From an uncultured Thermotogae bacterium (GTDB lineage: Bacteria; Bipolaricaulota; Bipolaricaulia; CAYUCE01), in the NCBI GenBank assembly GCA_964443275.1, contig CAYUCE010000001.1, positions 577 through 64,576 on the forward strand: 64,000 nucleotides of DNA, in the 5' to 3' direction. The notes under the pieces are model-generated. The model searched no databases. It had not been told where the DNA came from and saw only the letters and a list, made by a program, of their open reading frames with translations. Made by a program: the position numbers and the translations under genes. Numbering within the stretch: the first letter of the stretch is position 1; each line of letters starts with the position of its first letter. Below, piece by piece: positions 28,205 through 38,130 of this stretch.

Positions 28205-29358
28205 TATCTTCTCAGCCCCATCCAGATGACATCTTCCTCTTGCTTCTCATGCCCACTGGCGTAGTCAATAATGTCGCGTAACGTTTCAGGAGTAACATCC
28301 CTTCCTCCCAGGCCGGTAACGAAACCAAAGATGGGAACCTCATTTTTATCACCATATAAGCAGGACTTTACTTCTTGGAAAAATATCCCTTCATGGCCAA
28401 AGGACAGGTTGCGGTCAACTACGGCAATTTTTTTAGCGTTACCCAAATAATCTCTTACTTCCTCAGCCGGAAAGGGACGAAAAGTCTTTATCTTTAAAAG
28501 TCCTACTTTATGCCCTCTGGCCCGCATCTTGTTGACCACGTATCTAGCAGTGCTGGTTATGGTACCCGAGGTCACTAACACCAAATCTGAATTATTTAGG
28601 TGATATCCCTCTACCAACCCGTAACCTCTCCCAAATTGTTCTTCAAATTCCTTATCTACCTGCTTTATCACCGACTTGGCTTCCTGCATTGCCCGCTGGA
28701 TTTTATACCTTAATTCAAAGTAGTTATCCGGTTCCGCCAACCCGCCAAAGGCACGGGGGTCCTCAACGTCCAGCTTAACCGGTGGATTATACTTGGGCAA
28801 AAATTCGTCTACCTTCTCTTGGGCGGGTATACTTACCGGTTCAGAAGTATGAGAAAGCACAAAGGCATCTAAAACCTGCATACTAGGAAGCATAATACTT
28901 TCCGAAATTTTGAAAGCCTGGATCACGGTATCCAAAGCTTCTTGATTGGATTCACAGTAAAACTGCAACCAGCCAGTATCTCTTTGAGCCAGGCTGTCAT
29001 TTTGATCAGTCCATACAGACCAAGGAGAACCCATGGCCCGGTTTACGTTGGTTAGGACAACCGGAAATCTTCCCCCCGCCGCCCAGTGAAGCATCTCATG
29101 CATTAAAGCCAAACCGTGAGCAGAAGTAGCAGTAAATGCCCGGGCTCCAGTGGCGGAAGCTCCAATACAGCTAGCCATAGCAGAGTGTTCCGATTCCACC
29201 CTTATAAATTTGGCATCTAACTCCCCACTTGCACAGAATTCGGATAACAACTCTACTATCTGGGTCTGGGGAGTAATTGGATAAGCTGCTACCACCTCGG
29301 CCCTGGCCCGCATGACCCCATAGGATACGGCGTAATTACCGGTAATTAGTTTTTCCAC
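28204..29358 (-). CDS. porA: Pyruvate/2-oxoacid:ferredoxin oxidoreductase alpha subunit
   Basis: 384 aa pyrimidine-binding/transketolase-like domain typical of PorA/KorA. 1-nt overlap with porB. Confidence 0.85.
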   Translation of the reverse strand: MEKLITGNYAVSYGVMRARAEVVAAYPITPQTQIVELLSEFCASGELDAKFIRVESEHSAMASCIGASATGARAFTATSAHGLALMHEMLHWAAGGRFPVVLTNVNRAMGSPWSVWTDQNDSLAQRDTGWLQFYCESNQEALDTVIQAFKISESIMLPSMQVLDAFVLSHTSEPVSIPAQEKVDEFLPKYNPPVKLDVEDPRAFGGLAEPDNYFELRYKIQRAMQEAKSVIKQVDKEFEEQFGRGYGLVEGYHLNNSDLVLVTSGTITSTARYVVNKMRARGHKVGLLKIKTFRPFPAEEVRDYLGNAKKIAVVDRNLSFGHEGIFFQEVKSCLYGDKNEVPIFGFVTGLGGRDVTPETLRDIIDYASGHEKQEEDVIWMGLRR

Positions 29359-29678
29359 TATTTCTCCTCATGCTCCAAATTTATGGCCCCAACCGGACAT
29401 TCCTGTGCACAAATACCGCATCCTTTACAATAAGTATAGTCAATAATCGGCATTTCTTCTTCAATACGGATACTTACATCTGGGCAAAACTTCCAACATT
29501 TCATACATTTTATGCAAAGATCATAATCTATAACCGGCTTGACACTCCTCCAACTGCCGGTCTTGTTCCACTTCATATCTCCCATAGATATAGAAGAAAG
29601 TGGCATTTGATCCGCACCGTCAAAAGTTATTTTGTTCCCTTTACCTTTGGCCTTCTCACTTTTTTCAGATAAATCCAT
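29358..29678 (-). CDS. porD: Pyruvate:ferredoxin oxidoreductase delta subunit (2x[4Fe-4S] ferredoxin)
   Basis: Two CxxCxxCxxxCP motifs (CIKCMKCWKFCPD, CKGCGICAQECP); 106 aa. Confidence 0.85.
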   Translation of the reverse strand: MDLSEKSEKAKGKGNKITFDGADQMPLSSISMGDMKWNKTGSWRSVKPVIDYDLCIKCMKCWKFCPDVSIRIEEEMPIIDYTYCKGCGICAQECPVGAINLEHEEK

Positions 29679-29683
29679 TGATT

Positions 29684-30238
29684 CTAACCTCGAGCTTCCT
29701 GGTATGCTTCCCGACAGGCGGCCAAGTTAGCCTCCACTTTAATCGGCACAGCGTCCCTCATTGCTTCTAGCAATGCATCTAATGAAACCAATCCAGTGAT
29801 TTTTGAAAAAGCACCGAGAATAGCCGTATTTACTATGGGAGCAGTGGTGGAACCTAAACAATGCTTTAGGGCAATGGAGCTAGCATTTACGCAAGCTACT
29901 TTGTAATGTGAGGAAAAGTTAAAATCCTTACTGGTAAGATCGCTATTTATTAAAATCCTACCCCCCGCTTTAAGACCGGAAGTTACATCCACAAAATCCA
30001 TCAATGCAGAATCTAAAACCACTACATGATCCGGCTCATATATCTTAGAGCGAAGCAGTATGGGAGATTTATCCATCCGGACAAAAGCAGTAACCGGCGC
30101 CCCCCTTCTTTCCACCCCAAATTCAGGGAAAGATTGAGCGTAATTGCCCTCTTTATAAATGGTAGAAGCTAGTATTTGAGAAGCAATAACCGCCCCTTGA
30201 CCTCCGCGTCCGTGAATACGGACTTCAATCATCCCCAA
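29684..30238 (-). CDS. porG: Pyruvate/2-oxoacid:ferredoxin oxidoreductase gamma subunit
   Basis: 184 aa, GRGGQGAV nucleotide-binding-like N-terminus typical of Por/Kor gamma. Confidence 0.8.
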   Translation of the reverse strand: MGMIEVRIHGRGGQGAVIASQILASTIYKEGNYAQSFPEFGVERRGAPVTAFVRMDKSPILLRSKIYEPDHVVVLDSALMDFVDVTSGLKAGGRILINSDLTSKDFNFSSHYKVACVNASSIALKHCLGSTTAPIVNTAILGAFSKITGLVSLDALLEAMRDAVPIKVEANLAACREAYQEARG

Positions 30239-30418
30239 TCACTTTGGATAAAGACATATTGACTCCTAAATTCACATCTCTGGGCAATTAACCGAACGCA
30301 CAAACCGGTGATTTTGGCAAGAAATCACAATGCAATCCTATCTTACTACCCCCAGTTTCCAATGCACTATGATCTAACTCAATTTTGCTGAAACATATAG
30401 CTTAACTAAGCTTAGGTT

Positions 30419-30886
30419 CTACTTTTCAGCAGCTTCGGTATCCTCATCCAAATATAGGTTATAGCGACTTCCCAAGTTCCTTAACCTTTCCTTAGCTTCT
30501 TTTATCCATGCCAAGAGGGCCTCGGATACCGATCCCTCACTTTCGGATTTCCGATTATGGTTGTTGTCCTCATAAATGGAGAGGCTGCGCTCTTCGATGG
30601 CAGTTCTTATTTTCTCAAACTGGTAGCGATACTCTGCCGCCTCCACGTCTCCTTCTTCCAGCTCCTTTATAGATAGGTTGAGTTTGCCCTCTTCATTCCT
30701 ACCCAGCACTTTAACGGTTAACTCCTCCCCTACGCTCAAGTAATCACTTATATCCTGAACATATTCCTCAGCCACTTCCGAAATGTGAACCATTCCCACT
30801 TCGCCATTAGGAAGTTTTACAAAAGCCCCATAAGGTTTTATTCCATCGACTACCCCTCTTAAGGCATCTCCTTCTTTTAACTTCAC
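30419..30886 (-). CDS. S1 RNA-binding domain protein (GSP13/YugI-like)
   Basis: The N-terminal 70 aa form an S1/OB fold (GDALRGVVDGIKPYGAFVKL...VGMVHISEV), followed by an acidic tail. Confidence 0.7.
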   Translation of the reverse strand: MKLKEGDALRGVVDGIKPYGAFVKLPNGEVGMVHISEVAEEYVQDISDYLSVGEELTVKVLGRNEEGKLNLSIKELEEGDVEAAEYRYQFEKIRTAIEERSLSIYEDNNHNRKSESEGSVSEALLAWIKEAKERLRNLGSRYNLYLDEDTEAAEK

Positions 30887-31099
30887 GGCTCATCCCTCCT
30901 AACCAAAATTAATTTATCAAATTGAAAACCGGGCTTCAACTATATTAATCCAGAGAAAGACTCACCGCTCCCGCTTTTAATTCCGCTACTCTTTAGGGAG
31001 AGAAGACACCGACTGCACTTAGGGATATCGGTTAGGAATCCCGGAAGCAGTTTGGATCTTCAACGTCCAAGATTTTGAGTCATCAGACTTGACCTTTAC

Positions 31100-31357
31100 T
31101 TAGGTAAGTAGGCAGCCACAGTGAGGGCACCAAGGTCGGGAGGTGCGAATTAATTCCCCACAGTGAGGACAATTATCCTTTAACTCCTGAAAACAGTCAG
31201 GGCAATATAAATCATCGGGTTTTACGAACCTTCCACAGCTTGGACACCGAAGAGGAACGTAGCGATCGGCTCCTTGCTCACACTTAACGGAACCTCTACT
31301 AGTATCTTCCCAATCTTTTTCGTGTCGGGAAAGTTTGGCGCTATCACTTTCCTCCAT
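31100..31357 (-). CDS. Double zinc-ribbon protein
   Basis: Four CxxC pairs (CPSCG, CPDC, CPHCG, CPHCG) in 85 aa. Confidence 0.55.
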   Translation of the reverse strand: MEESDSAKLSRHEKDWEDTSRGSVKCEQGADRYVPLRCPSCGRFVKPDDLYCPDCFQELKDNCPHCGELIRTSRPWCPHCGCLLT

Positions 31358-31473
31358 TTTACCTTATACCGCCAATATCATGAAGTATTACCCTAACCCT
31401 CAAACATCTGCTTTTAATTATATCAAAAAAACAAAAAGGTATAAAGAAGCTAGATACCCACGGGAGTAAGGAA

Positions 31474-32652
31474 TTGAACCTTTCACCTGTTGATGTTATA
31501 ATCAGACGCCAATTAAAGGAGATCAAGGCTTTTAAACTAAAGTCTTACTTTTTGATAGCTATGAATATAGACAAACTTACCCGCAGAGCTTTTCTGAAGT
31601 CGCTGTCCTTAGGCTGTTTTGCCACTTTTTTCTCTTACCGCAAAGCCAGACCGATGAATCAAGAAATTTTACGGATCGCTACCCCTCCCTCTCTTGCTTC
31701 CCTTCCCTTAAGGCTAGCTAATTTGGACGGCATGTTTGAAAAAAATGGACTGAAGGTAGAATTTAACGATGAAATTGTTAGTAGACCTTCCCTGCAAAGA
31801 AAATTTTTAACTAGCGGCCAGCTAGATTGCATTATAAGCGACATCTCCGGGGTTTTATTTGAAATTGCCAATGCATACGCCGACATCGTAATAACCAGCA
31901 CCGCCTTTGAGCGAGTGGAAAATACTAAAACCTTGGCTCTATTGGGGAGCGGATATAATCACATGAAGTGCGAAACAATGGAAAACCTACTTTCTAGAAT
32001 CGATCGAACTCCAGAGAATTCCATCCTAATCCCCAGATACACGGACATGGAATTTGCCACCGACAAGTTACTGAATGAAGAGTACGGTTTTAAAGTAGAT
32101 GAGCAAATTGCCTATACCGAGGTAGAGGATCTAACCTATTCAATACTATATCTACTTACCGGTAAACGCTTGGCTTCTGTCTTACCCGAACCCTTAGCTA
32201 CTTTAACCGGGGAGAAGAATGCCGCGGCTAACGGGGGCACTATCCGGGATGGTGAATGGGCCTACAGCTTATCAAATTATCAGGAAATTGAACTGATGCC
32301 TGCAGTAATAGTCTTTAGAGGAGAAATAATAAGGAACAAACCCTACTGGATTAACAATTTCCTCACGGTTTATAGAAAAAGTATACAAACTCTTAATTCC
32401 ACATCCAATGAATTACTAAGAGGTAAAGCTAAAAATATCGGAGTTGAACTATTTAGGAAACTGTACTACTCGACCTGGGAAGCACCGGAAGGATTTGAGG
32501 AAATTTTCACCGTCCCCGAATTCCCACCGCCGAGAGCTTTGAGAAAGTCTGAATTCGCCAAGGTGTTTGAGTGGGCAACAAAGAAAGGATACATAAGGAA
32601 TCAAAAATTAGTAAGTTACCAAGAGGCATTCAACGGTAGTTTCCTATTATGA
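31474..32652 (+). CDS. ABC transporter substrate-binding protein, NitT/TauT (nitrate/sulfonate/bicarbonate) family, with Tat-like signal
   Basis: RRAFLKS twin-arginine motif followed by a hydrophobic region. NMT1/SsuA-like fold (LRIATPPSLASLPLRLA). Start uncertain (TTG 31474 or ATG 31561). Confidence 0.65.
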   Translation: MNLSPVDVIIRRQLKEIKAFKLKSYFLIAMNIDKLTRRAFLKSLSLGCFATFFSYRKARPMNQEILRIATPPSLASLPLRLANLDGMFEKNGLKVEFNDEIVSRPSLQRKFLTSGQLDCIISDISGVLFEIANAYADIVITSTAFERVENTKTLALLGSGYNHMKCETMENLLSRIDRTPENSILIPRYTDMEFATDKLLNEEYGFKVDEQIAYTEVEDLTYSILYLLTGKRLASVLPEPLATLTGEKNAAANGGTIRDGEWAYSLSNYQEIELMPAVIVFRGEIIRNKPYWINNFLTVYRKSIQTLNSTSNELLRGKAKNIGVELFRKLYYSTWEAPEGFEEIFTVPEFPPPRALRKSEFAKVFEWATKKGYIRNQKLVSYQEAFNGSFLL

Positions 32653-33377
32653 TAAAGGTTGACTCCCTGCATCTTTCCCATCGCAAAGGACGAAAAGGAA
32701 AGATCGAAATCTTTAAAAATATCAGCTTCCAACTTAAAAAAGGGGAAAGCCTGGCCGTCATTGGCCCTTCGGGCTGCGGCAAAACCAGCTTGCTTTACAC
32801 CATATCCGGCTTAATTGAGCCCACTAAAGGTGGAATTGAAATCAATGGGGAAAAAGTTAAAAAACCGGGCGGCGATTGGTTCCTACTACTTCAAACTATC
32901 GGTCTTCTGCCCTGGAAAACTGTTTGGGCCAATGTAACTCTAAATTTGAACTTAAACGGTCAAGCTGACCGGCGGCGAATTGACCAGATACTGGCCTCGC
33001 TGGGACTCAAAGGACTTAAAGACCGTTATCCATCTCAGCTTTCAGAGGGACAAAAAAAGAGAGTGGGATTTGCCCGAGCCTTAGCCCGGGACCCATCAAT
33101 CCTTTTAATGGACGAACCGCTGGCCTCACTGGATGCATTATCAAAAGAGGAACTGCAAAATCTTACCCTCCGCCTGTGGAAGGAGAAGGAATTAACCTTG
33201 ATCTTGGTCACTCACGATATTGAAGAAGCGGTATTTTTGGGCCAACGAATCATGGTATTAACCAAAAGGCCAGCGCGGATAAAACAGATGGTGGACAATC
33301 CAGAAATGGGAGCCATTAACTACCGGGAAAAAGAAGGATTTTACAGTCAAATTAGAACCTTAAGAGAACTATTATGA
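32649..33377 (+). CDS. ABC transporter ATP-binding protein (NitT/TauT family)
   Basis: Walker A GPSGCGKTS, signature LSEGQKKRV, Walker B LLMDEPLASLD. Confidence 0.8.
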   Translation: MIKVDSLHLSHRKGRKGKIEIFKNISFQLKKGESLAVIGPSGCGKTSLLYTISGLIEPTKGGIEINGEKVKKPGGDWFLLLQTIGLLPWKTVWANVTLNLNLNGQADRRRIDQILASLGLKGLKDRYPSQLSEGQKKRVGFARALARDPSILLMDEPLASLDALSKEELQNLTLRLWKEKELTLILVTHDIEEAVFLGQRIMVLTKRPARIKQMVDNPEMGAINYREKEGFYSQIRTLRELL

Positions 33378-34138
33378 AAACCACTTTAGGATATATCTTA
33401 AGCATCATACTTTTACTTTTGGTCTGGCAATTGGCAAGCCTTGGAGGGAAGATGTTTTTCGGTGACCAAGCTTATAAAAGAAACGCACTTTTGGGCCCCA
33501 TTGAAGCTTTCAGCTCTCTTATCCAAAAAAGAGATGAAATTGCGGGGCATTTTCTTTCCAGCGCGGGCCGCATAATAATAAGCTTAGGCTTAAGCTTAGG
33601 TTTAGCTGCACCTTTAGGTTTGGTGATAGGGTTTGAAAGTAAATTGGACAAACTCATCTCCCCTATTATCTACACTACCTTTCCCATACCAAAGATCGTC
33701 TTTTTGCCCCTACTATTTATTTTCATGGGATTAGGGAACGCTCCCAAAATCACTCTAATTACGCTGGTAATATCGTTTCTGATCCTTATCTCCACCCGGG
33801 ATGCAGTGAAAAGCATCCCCGAGGACTATATCATTAGCGTATCCAGTACAGGGGCAAGCAAACTGCAAATTTACAGACACGTAATTATTCCGGGCAGCCT
33901 CCCCTCCATCCTTACCAGCACCCGGATTAGTGTGGGTATAGCAATTATGGTCCTGTATCTAGCTGAAACCTTTGTAACCAGAACCACCGGACTAGGGGTT
34001 TTCATTAATAAATCTTATGAGATAGGGTATTTCCCCGATATGTACGCGGGAATAGTGGCCATGGGCTTGTTGGGGCTAAGTTTATACGCGGGCATTGATC
34101 TAATAGAGCGGATTATCTGCAGATGGAAGTATGTCTAG
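33374..34138 (+). CDS. ABC transporter permease (NitT/TauT family)
   Basis: 254 aa with 6 TM helices and BPD-transport family topology. ATGA overlaps with neighbours. Confidence 0.75.
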   Translation: MKTTLGYILSIILLLLVWQLASLGGKMFFGDQAYKRNALLGPIEAFSSLIQKRDEIAGHFLSSAGRIIISLGLSLGLAAPLGLVIGFESKLDKLISPIIYTTFPIPKIVFLPLLFIFMGLGNAPKITLITLVISFLILISTRDAVKSIPEDYIISVSSTGASKLQIYRHVIIPGSLPSILTSTRISVGIAIMVLYLAETFVTRTTGLGVFINKSYEIGYFPDMYAGIVAMGLLGLSLYAGIDLIERIICRWKYV

Positions 34139-34223
34139 CGAATTTTAATTACTGAGACTAATATCACCACTTATTGCCCGGCGTTTTGAAAGGGCGACCG
34201 AAAATATTTAGTATATAACTAGA

Positions 34224-35069
34224 ATGTCTTATGAGAAGATTTTAGCCTTTGTAAACAATAGAAAAGAAGGCTTCGAGTTTACCCTTAAAGCCTTAAAGGA
34301 CTGGGCTGACAAAAGGGAAATAAAAATTGAGACTATACATTACGATGAGATTGAAGCATTCAACATACCACCTGAATCCGCAAAATGTCTAGCGGTAACT
34401 ATAGGCGGCGATGGTACATTCCTTAAGTCAGCAAACAAACTCGCCTCCTATAAGATTCCTCTATTGGGAGTAAACCTAGGCAGCTTGGGCTTTTTGACCC
34501 ATACCCAATCAAAAGATTTAGACCGCGCCCTTACAAAGATCTGGGAAGGAAGATACGAAATTGATAACCGAATGAGGTTAGAATGTGATATAAAGGGAAC
34601 AAAACTTTCCTGCCTAAATGAGGTAGTGCTTACTCGGGCGGGAGTGGACCATTTCACCGAACTAGAGCTTTTTATCGGCCATAAATTAGTGGGTTGCTAT
34701 CCAGGAGACGGTATAATCGTCTCCACCCCTACCGGCTCAACTGCCTATTCTCTATCCGCCGGCGGCCCCATCCTAACAAGCAATTTGGAATGTGTCGCCA
34801 TCACCCCTTTGGCTCCCCACACCTTGGGACTTAGACCGGTGGTTTTTCCGGCCGATGAGAAGATCAAAGTTAGAGCAAACTGTAAGTCCACAGTGCTAAT
34901 AGATGGTGACAAATATGGCAATTTGGCCCCTGGCGAAGCGGTCAGAATCTCACAATCCCCAACTCCTACAAGAATGGTGATAACCAAGCCCCGCCCCAAT
35001 TTCTTCCGTATATTACACCACAAACTGCAGTGGGGAAATGGATTTTACCGGAGGAAACGAAGAAGTTAA
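34224..35069 (+). CDS. nadK: NAD(+) kinase
   Basis: GGDGTFL and NEVV motifs and DGxxxSTPTGSTAYSLSAGGPI, typical of PpnK; 281 aa. Confidence 0.85.
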   Translation: MSYEKILAFVNNRKEGFEFTLKALKDWADKREIKIETIHYDEIEAFNIPPESAKCLAVTIGGDGTFLKSANKLASYKIPLLGVNLGSLGFLTHTQSKDLDRALTKIWEGRYEIDNRMRLECDIKGTKLSCLNEVVLTRAGVDHFTELELFIGHKLVGCYPGDGIIVSTPTGSTAYSLSAGGPILTSNLECVAITPLAPHTLGLRPVVFPADEKIKVRANCKSTVLIDGDKYGNLAPGEAVRISQSPTPTRMVITKPRPNFFRILHHKLQWGNGFYRRKRRS

Positions 35070-35087
35070 ACTTAAAGGAGGTATGCT

Positions 35088-35294
35088 ATGAAAAAAATAG
35101 CTAAGTTTCTGACTCCCTGCACATTAATTTTATCATGTTTTCTTGCTTTAGCAAGAGCCCAGGGAGCAGTACAGACCCCGGCTCAAGAAATCTCAACTGA
35201 CATCAGCTGGCCGCAGGTCACCACTGCCCTTCTTGTAGCAGCTTTGAGCTTTGCGGGAATAATTATGTGGCAGTGGGTAAGAAAAAGAAGATAA
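35088..35294 (+). CDS. Small secreted/membrane protein
   Basis: 68 aa with AAAGGAGG RBS, an N-terminal signal peptide, a C-terminal TM helix and a basic tail (WVRKRR). Confidence 0.4.
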   Translation: MKKIAKFLTPCTLILSCFLALARAQGAVQTPAQEISTDISWPQVTTALLVAALSFAGIIMWQWVRKRR

Positions 35295-35328
35295 AAAACA
35301 GGTAGGATTCTTTCGTCTGTAAATTTAG

Positions 35329-35685
35329 CTAGGTTAACATCAATCTAGCCATGGCCGCTCCATCACCCCTACGAGGGGGGAGCTTAAGCAAGCGGGTGTA
35401 CCCCCCTTCTCTATCCTTATAGTCCCCGGCTACTTCGGACAGGAGCTTATTCACCGCCTCTTTATCCTGTAGGGCCTTAAAAACCTGCCTATGAGAATGG
35501 GTATCGCCAGCCTTCGCTTTGGTTATTATCCTCTCTACGTGCTTTTGACACTCTTTAGCCCTGGCCTGAGTGGTATCCACCTTCCCGTTTTTGATCAACT
35601 CACAGGCCAAATTTTTCAACATCTGGTTTCGATGGGATTTGCTCCCCCCAACCTTATTTTTCTTCTTTCTATGTCTCATGGGCAT
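35329..35685 (-). CDS. rplQ: 50S ribosomal protein L17
   Basis: RHRKKKNKVGGSKSHRNQMLKNL matches L17. Last gene of the alpha operon. Confidence 0.85.
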   Translation of the reverse strand: MPMRHRKKKNKVGGSKSHRNQMLKNLACELIKNGKVDTTQARAKECQKHVERIITKAKAGDTHSHRQVFKALQDKEAVNKLLSEVAGDYKDREGGYTRLLKLPPRRGDGAAMARLMLT

Positions 35686-36607
35686 CCTCCTTAAGAGAAT
35701 AACCTAAATCTTTTAGCCTTTCCTTTACTTTCTCCAAAGTCTTTTCCCCAAATCCATGCACATCAGTAAGTTGAGGGCCAGTTTTCTCCAGTAAATCCTC
35801 AAGAGTCACAATATCTTTGCCTTTAAGCAAATTTACCGCCCTTTGATCAAAATCGAGTTTTTCTAAAGTCATAGACAGCTCTTCTGGCTCTTCCTCTTCC
35901 TCCTTAATTTCAGCTCCAAATGGATGTTGGGCAAAATCCTTGAATAAATCAAAATGAGCACGTAGAATTTCAGCTGCCTTGCTCAAAACCTCCTCCGGTT
36001 TTATCTGACCTTTGGTCTCCAATTCCAGGATCAACCTCTCATAATCAGTCCTCTCGCCCACACGCGTAGATTCCACTTCAAAGTTTATAGATTCTACCGG
36101 AGAAAAATCAGAATCTAGAGGAATAACTCCTAGGGGACTGTCTTCTTCCACATTTCTCTCCGAAGGTCGGTAGCCTATTCCCGGTTCCACTTCCATCTCT
36201 ATACTTAAATTGCCATCCTCATTTACCATCGCTATATGTTGATCCTTATTGATTATCTCAACTCCGTCCTCAGCTTCAATATCACTGGCGGTTACCTCTC
36301 CCTGACCTTTATAATCCAGATACATCCTTTTTTTCTCCTTATCTCGCAATCTTATGGATAGTTCCTTAATATTCAGTATTATCTCCAGAATATCTTCTTT
36401 TACTCCATCGATAGTGTCATATTCGTGATATTTACCATCAAAACGCACTCTAGTAACCGCCGCCCCAGGAATGGATGATAAAATCACCCTTCTAAGTGAA
36501 TTACCTATATTGGTCCCATAACCCCGCTCCAGGGGTTCAATAACTATCTTCCCATATGTATTGGTCAACTCGCGTGTCTTAATCTGAGGTATTACTAGCT
36601 CAACCAC
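35669..36607 (-). CDS. rpoA: DNA-directed RNA polymerase alpha subunit
   Basis: IVIEPLERGYGTNIGNSLRR alpha N-terminal domain plus C-terminal domain. Start assigned to GTG 36607, 5 nt after AAAGGAGGG; the ORF-track start 36634 lies inside a conserved hairpin. Confidence 0.85.
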   Translation of the reverse strand: MVELVIPQIKTRELTNTYGKIVIEPLERGYGTNIGNSLRRVILSSIPGAAVTRVRFDGKYHEYDTIDGVKEDILEIILNIKELSIRLRDKEKKRMYLDYKGQGEVTASDIEAEDGVEIINKDQHIAMVNEDGNLSIEMEVEPGIGYRPSERNVEEDSPLGVIPLDSDFSPVESINFEVESTRVGERTDYERLILELETKGQIKPEEVLSKAAEILRAHFDLFKDFAQHPFGAEIKEEEEEPEELSMTLEKLDFDQRAVNLLKGKDIVTLEDLLEKTGPQLTDVHGFGEKTLEKVKERLKDLGYSLKEDAHET

Positions 36608-36622
36608 CACTGCCCTCCTTTC

Positions 36623-36697
36623 TCCAGCACTCACTTTGAGAAATGCCTCCGGAATAAATGATAGTAAACGGTGACCATGCCCAAAATGAGTGCTGGA
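36623..36697. repeat. CCAGCACT-stem hairpin element, copy 3
   Basis: TCCAGCACTCA (36623-36633) pairs with TGAGTGCTGGA (36687-36697), 11 bp, loop 53 nt. Lies in the rpsD-rpoA intergenic space; on the mRNA strand it ends 2 nt before the rpoA SD. Confidence 0.6.
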
Positions 36698-36699
36698 CC

Positions 36700-37326
36700 T
36701 TAGCGGGAATAAAATTCAACAATCAGGTTGGTTTTAAGTTTCTGCTCAACTTCTTCCGGATCGGGGGTTCTTTCTATATTAATCTGGTACTTTTCTCTAT
36801 TTACTGCCAGCCAAGCAGGGACTTCCCTATCCTCATTTGCTTCCAGAATTTCCTTTATCCCCTGCTTTGTCCGAGAGTTCTCCTTTACTTTTATAATATC
36901 CCCCTCTTTAACTGAGTAAGACGGGATGTCTAAGCTTGTATTATTAACTTCCACGTGGCCATGATTGACAATTTGTCTTGCTTGATCACGGGAGGAGGCA
37001 AATCCAGCTCTATAGAGTACATTGTCCAATCTTCTCTCCAAAAGTTCAAGTAAAAACTGGCCGGTTGCTCCCATCTTCCCTTTGGCCTTGTCCACATACC
37101 GTTTGAATTGTTCTTCCCGAACCCTATAAATCCTCCTCGCCTTCTGTTTCTCCCTAAGGTGGACTCTATATTGAGATCGCCTGCTTCTGCTCCTTCCCGC
37201 TTCCCCTGGGGGATAGCTCTTTCTTTGGATAGCGCACTTATCAGTATAGCACCTATCGCCTTTAAGAAAGAGCTTTTCGCCTTCCCGCCTACATATCTTA
37301 CACTTAGGTCCTACATCTCTTCCCAT
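36700..37326 (-). CDS. rpsD: 30S ribosomal protein S4 (Zn-ribbon form)
   Basis: 208 aa, CKICRREGEKLFLKGDRC N-terminal zinc motif, S4 domain. Confidence 0.9.
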   Translation of the reverse strand: MGRDVGPKCKICRREGEKLFLKGDRCYTDKCAIQRKSYPPGEAGRSRSRRSQYRVHLREKQKARRIYRVREEQFKRYVDKAKGKMGATGQFLLELLERRLDNVLYRAGFASSRDQARQIVNHGHVEVNNTSLDIPSYSVKEGDIIKVKENSRTKQGIKEILEANEDREVPAWLAVNREKYQINIERTPDPEEVEQKLKTNLIVEFYSR

Positions 37327-37348
37327 ACTGTTTTCCTCCTGCTTTTCG

Positions 37349-37687
37349 TTAACTAAAAGATCTGGGGGTGACGTTCCGGATATCTTCCACCCTAAATCCT
37401 TGACCCTTTAGAGTTTGAACAACTGAGTTTTTCCCAGGTCCGGTCCCATTTATGGTTACCACCACCGATTTTATACCATATTCCTTCATCTGTTGAGCCA
37501 GGTTTTCAGTTGCTACTTGAGCGGCGTAAGGCGTGCCCTTCCTAGAACCCTTAAACCTACCCCCGACTCCAGGAGTGCTCCAAGTTATGACATCTCCATT
37601 CAAATCAGTAAGGGTCAATATAGTATTATTATAGGTGGCGTTTATATGAACTCTCGCCTTATCTAACTTAACCTTCTTTTTAGCCAT
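37349..37687 (-). CDS. rpsK: 30S ribosomal protein S11
   Basis: 112 aa, ...TPYAAQ... S11 signature. Confidence 0.9.
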   Translation of the reverse strand: MAKKKVKLDKARVHINATYNNTILTLTDLNGDVITWSTPGVGGRFKGSRKGTPYAAQVATENLAQQMKEYGIKSVVVTINGTGPGKNSVVQTLKGQGFRVEDIRNVTPRSFS

Positions 37688-37689
37688 GA

Positions 37690-38055
37690 TTATCTCTTTT
37701 TCCCCGCCTTGGAGGCTCTAGGTCCTTTCCAAGTCCGAGCGTTGGATTGAGTCTTCTGTCCTCTCACTGGAAGACCCTGTTTGTGGCGAATTCCACGATA
37801 GCACTCTATATCTTTAAGGCGCTCTATATCCGATTTAACTTTCCGGCGTAAGTCTCCTTCCACCATGTATCGATCAATCTCCCTCCTCAAATCGGTAATC
37901 TCCTTTTCCGTTAACTCATGCACCCTTTTACCTTTATCCACACCTACAGAGTTCAAGATTTCGTTTGATCGGGAACGACCGATCCCATATATATAAGTTA
38001 GTGCTATCTCCGCTCTTTTATTTCGAGGAAGATCAACTCCTGCAATTCTAGGCAT
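37690..38055 (-). CDS. rpsM: 30S ribosomal protein S13
   Basis: [11 protein letters not shown]-terminus; 121 aa. Confidence 0.9.
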   Translation of the reverse strand: MPRIAGVDLPRNKRAEIALTYIYGIGRSRSNEILNSVGVDKGKRVHELTEKEITDLRREIDRYMVEGDLRRKVKSDIERLKDIECYRGIRHKQGLPVRGQKTQSNARTWKGPRASKAGKKR

Positions 38056-38130
38056 TTCAAACCCTCCAGATTATTTGTTCTCTGTGATTATGTTTCCCAA
38101 GACCCAACCCCTAAGACCCAGTACCTAACA

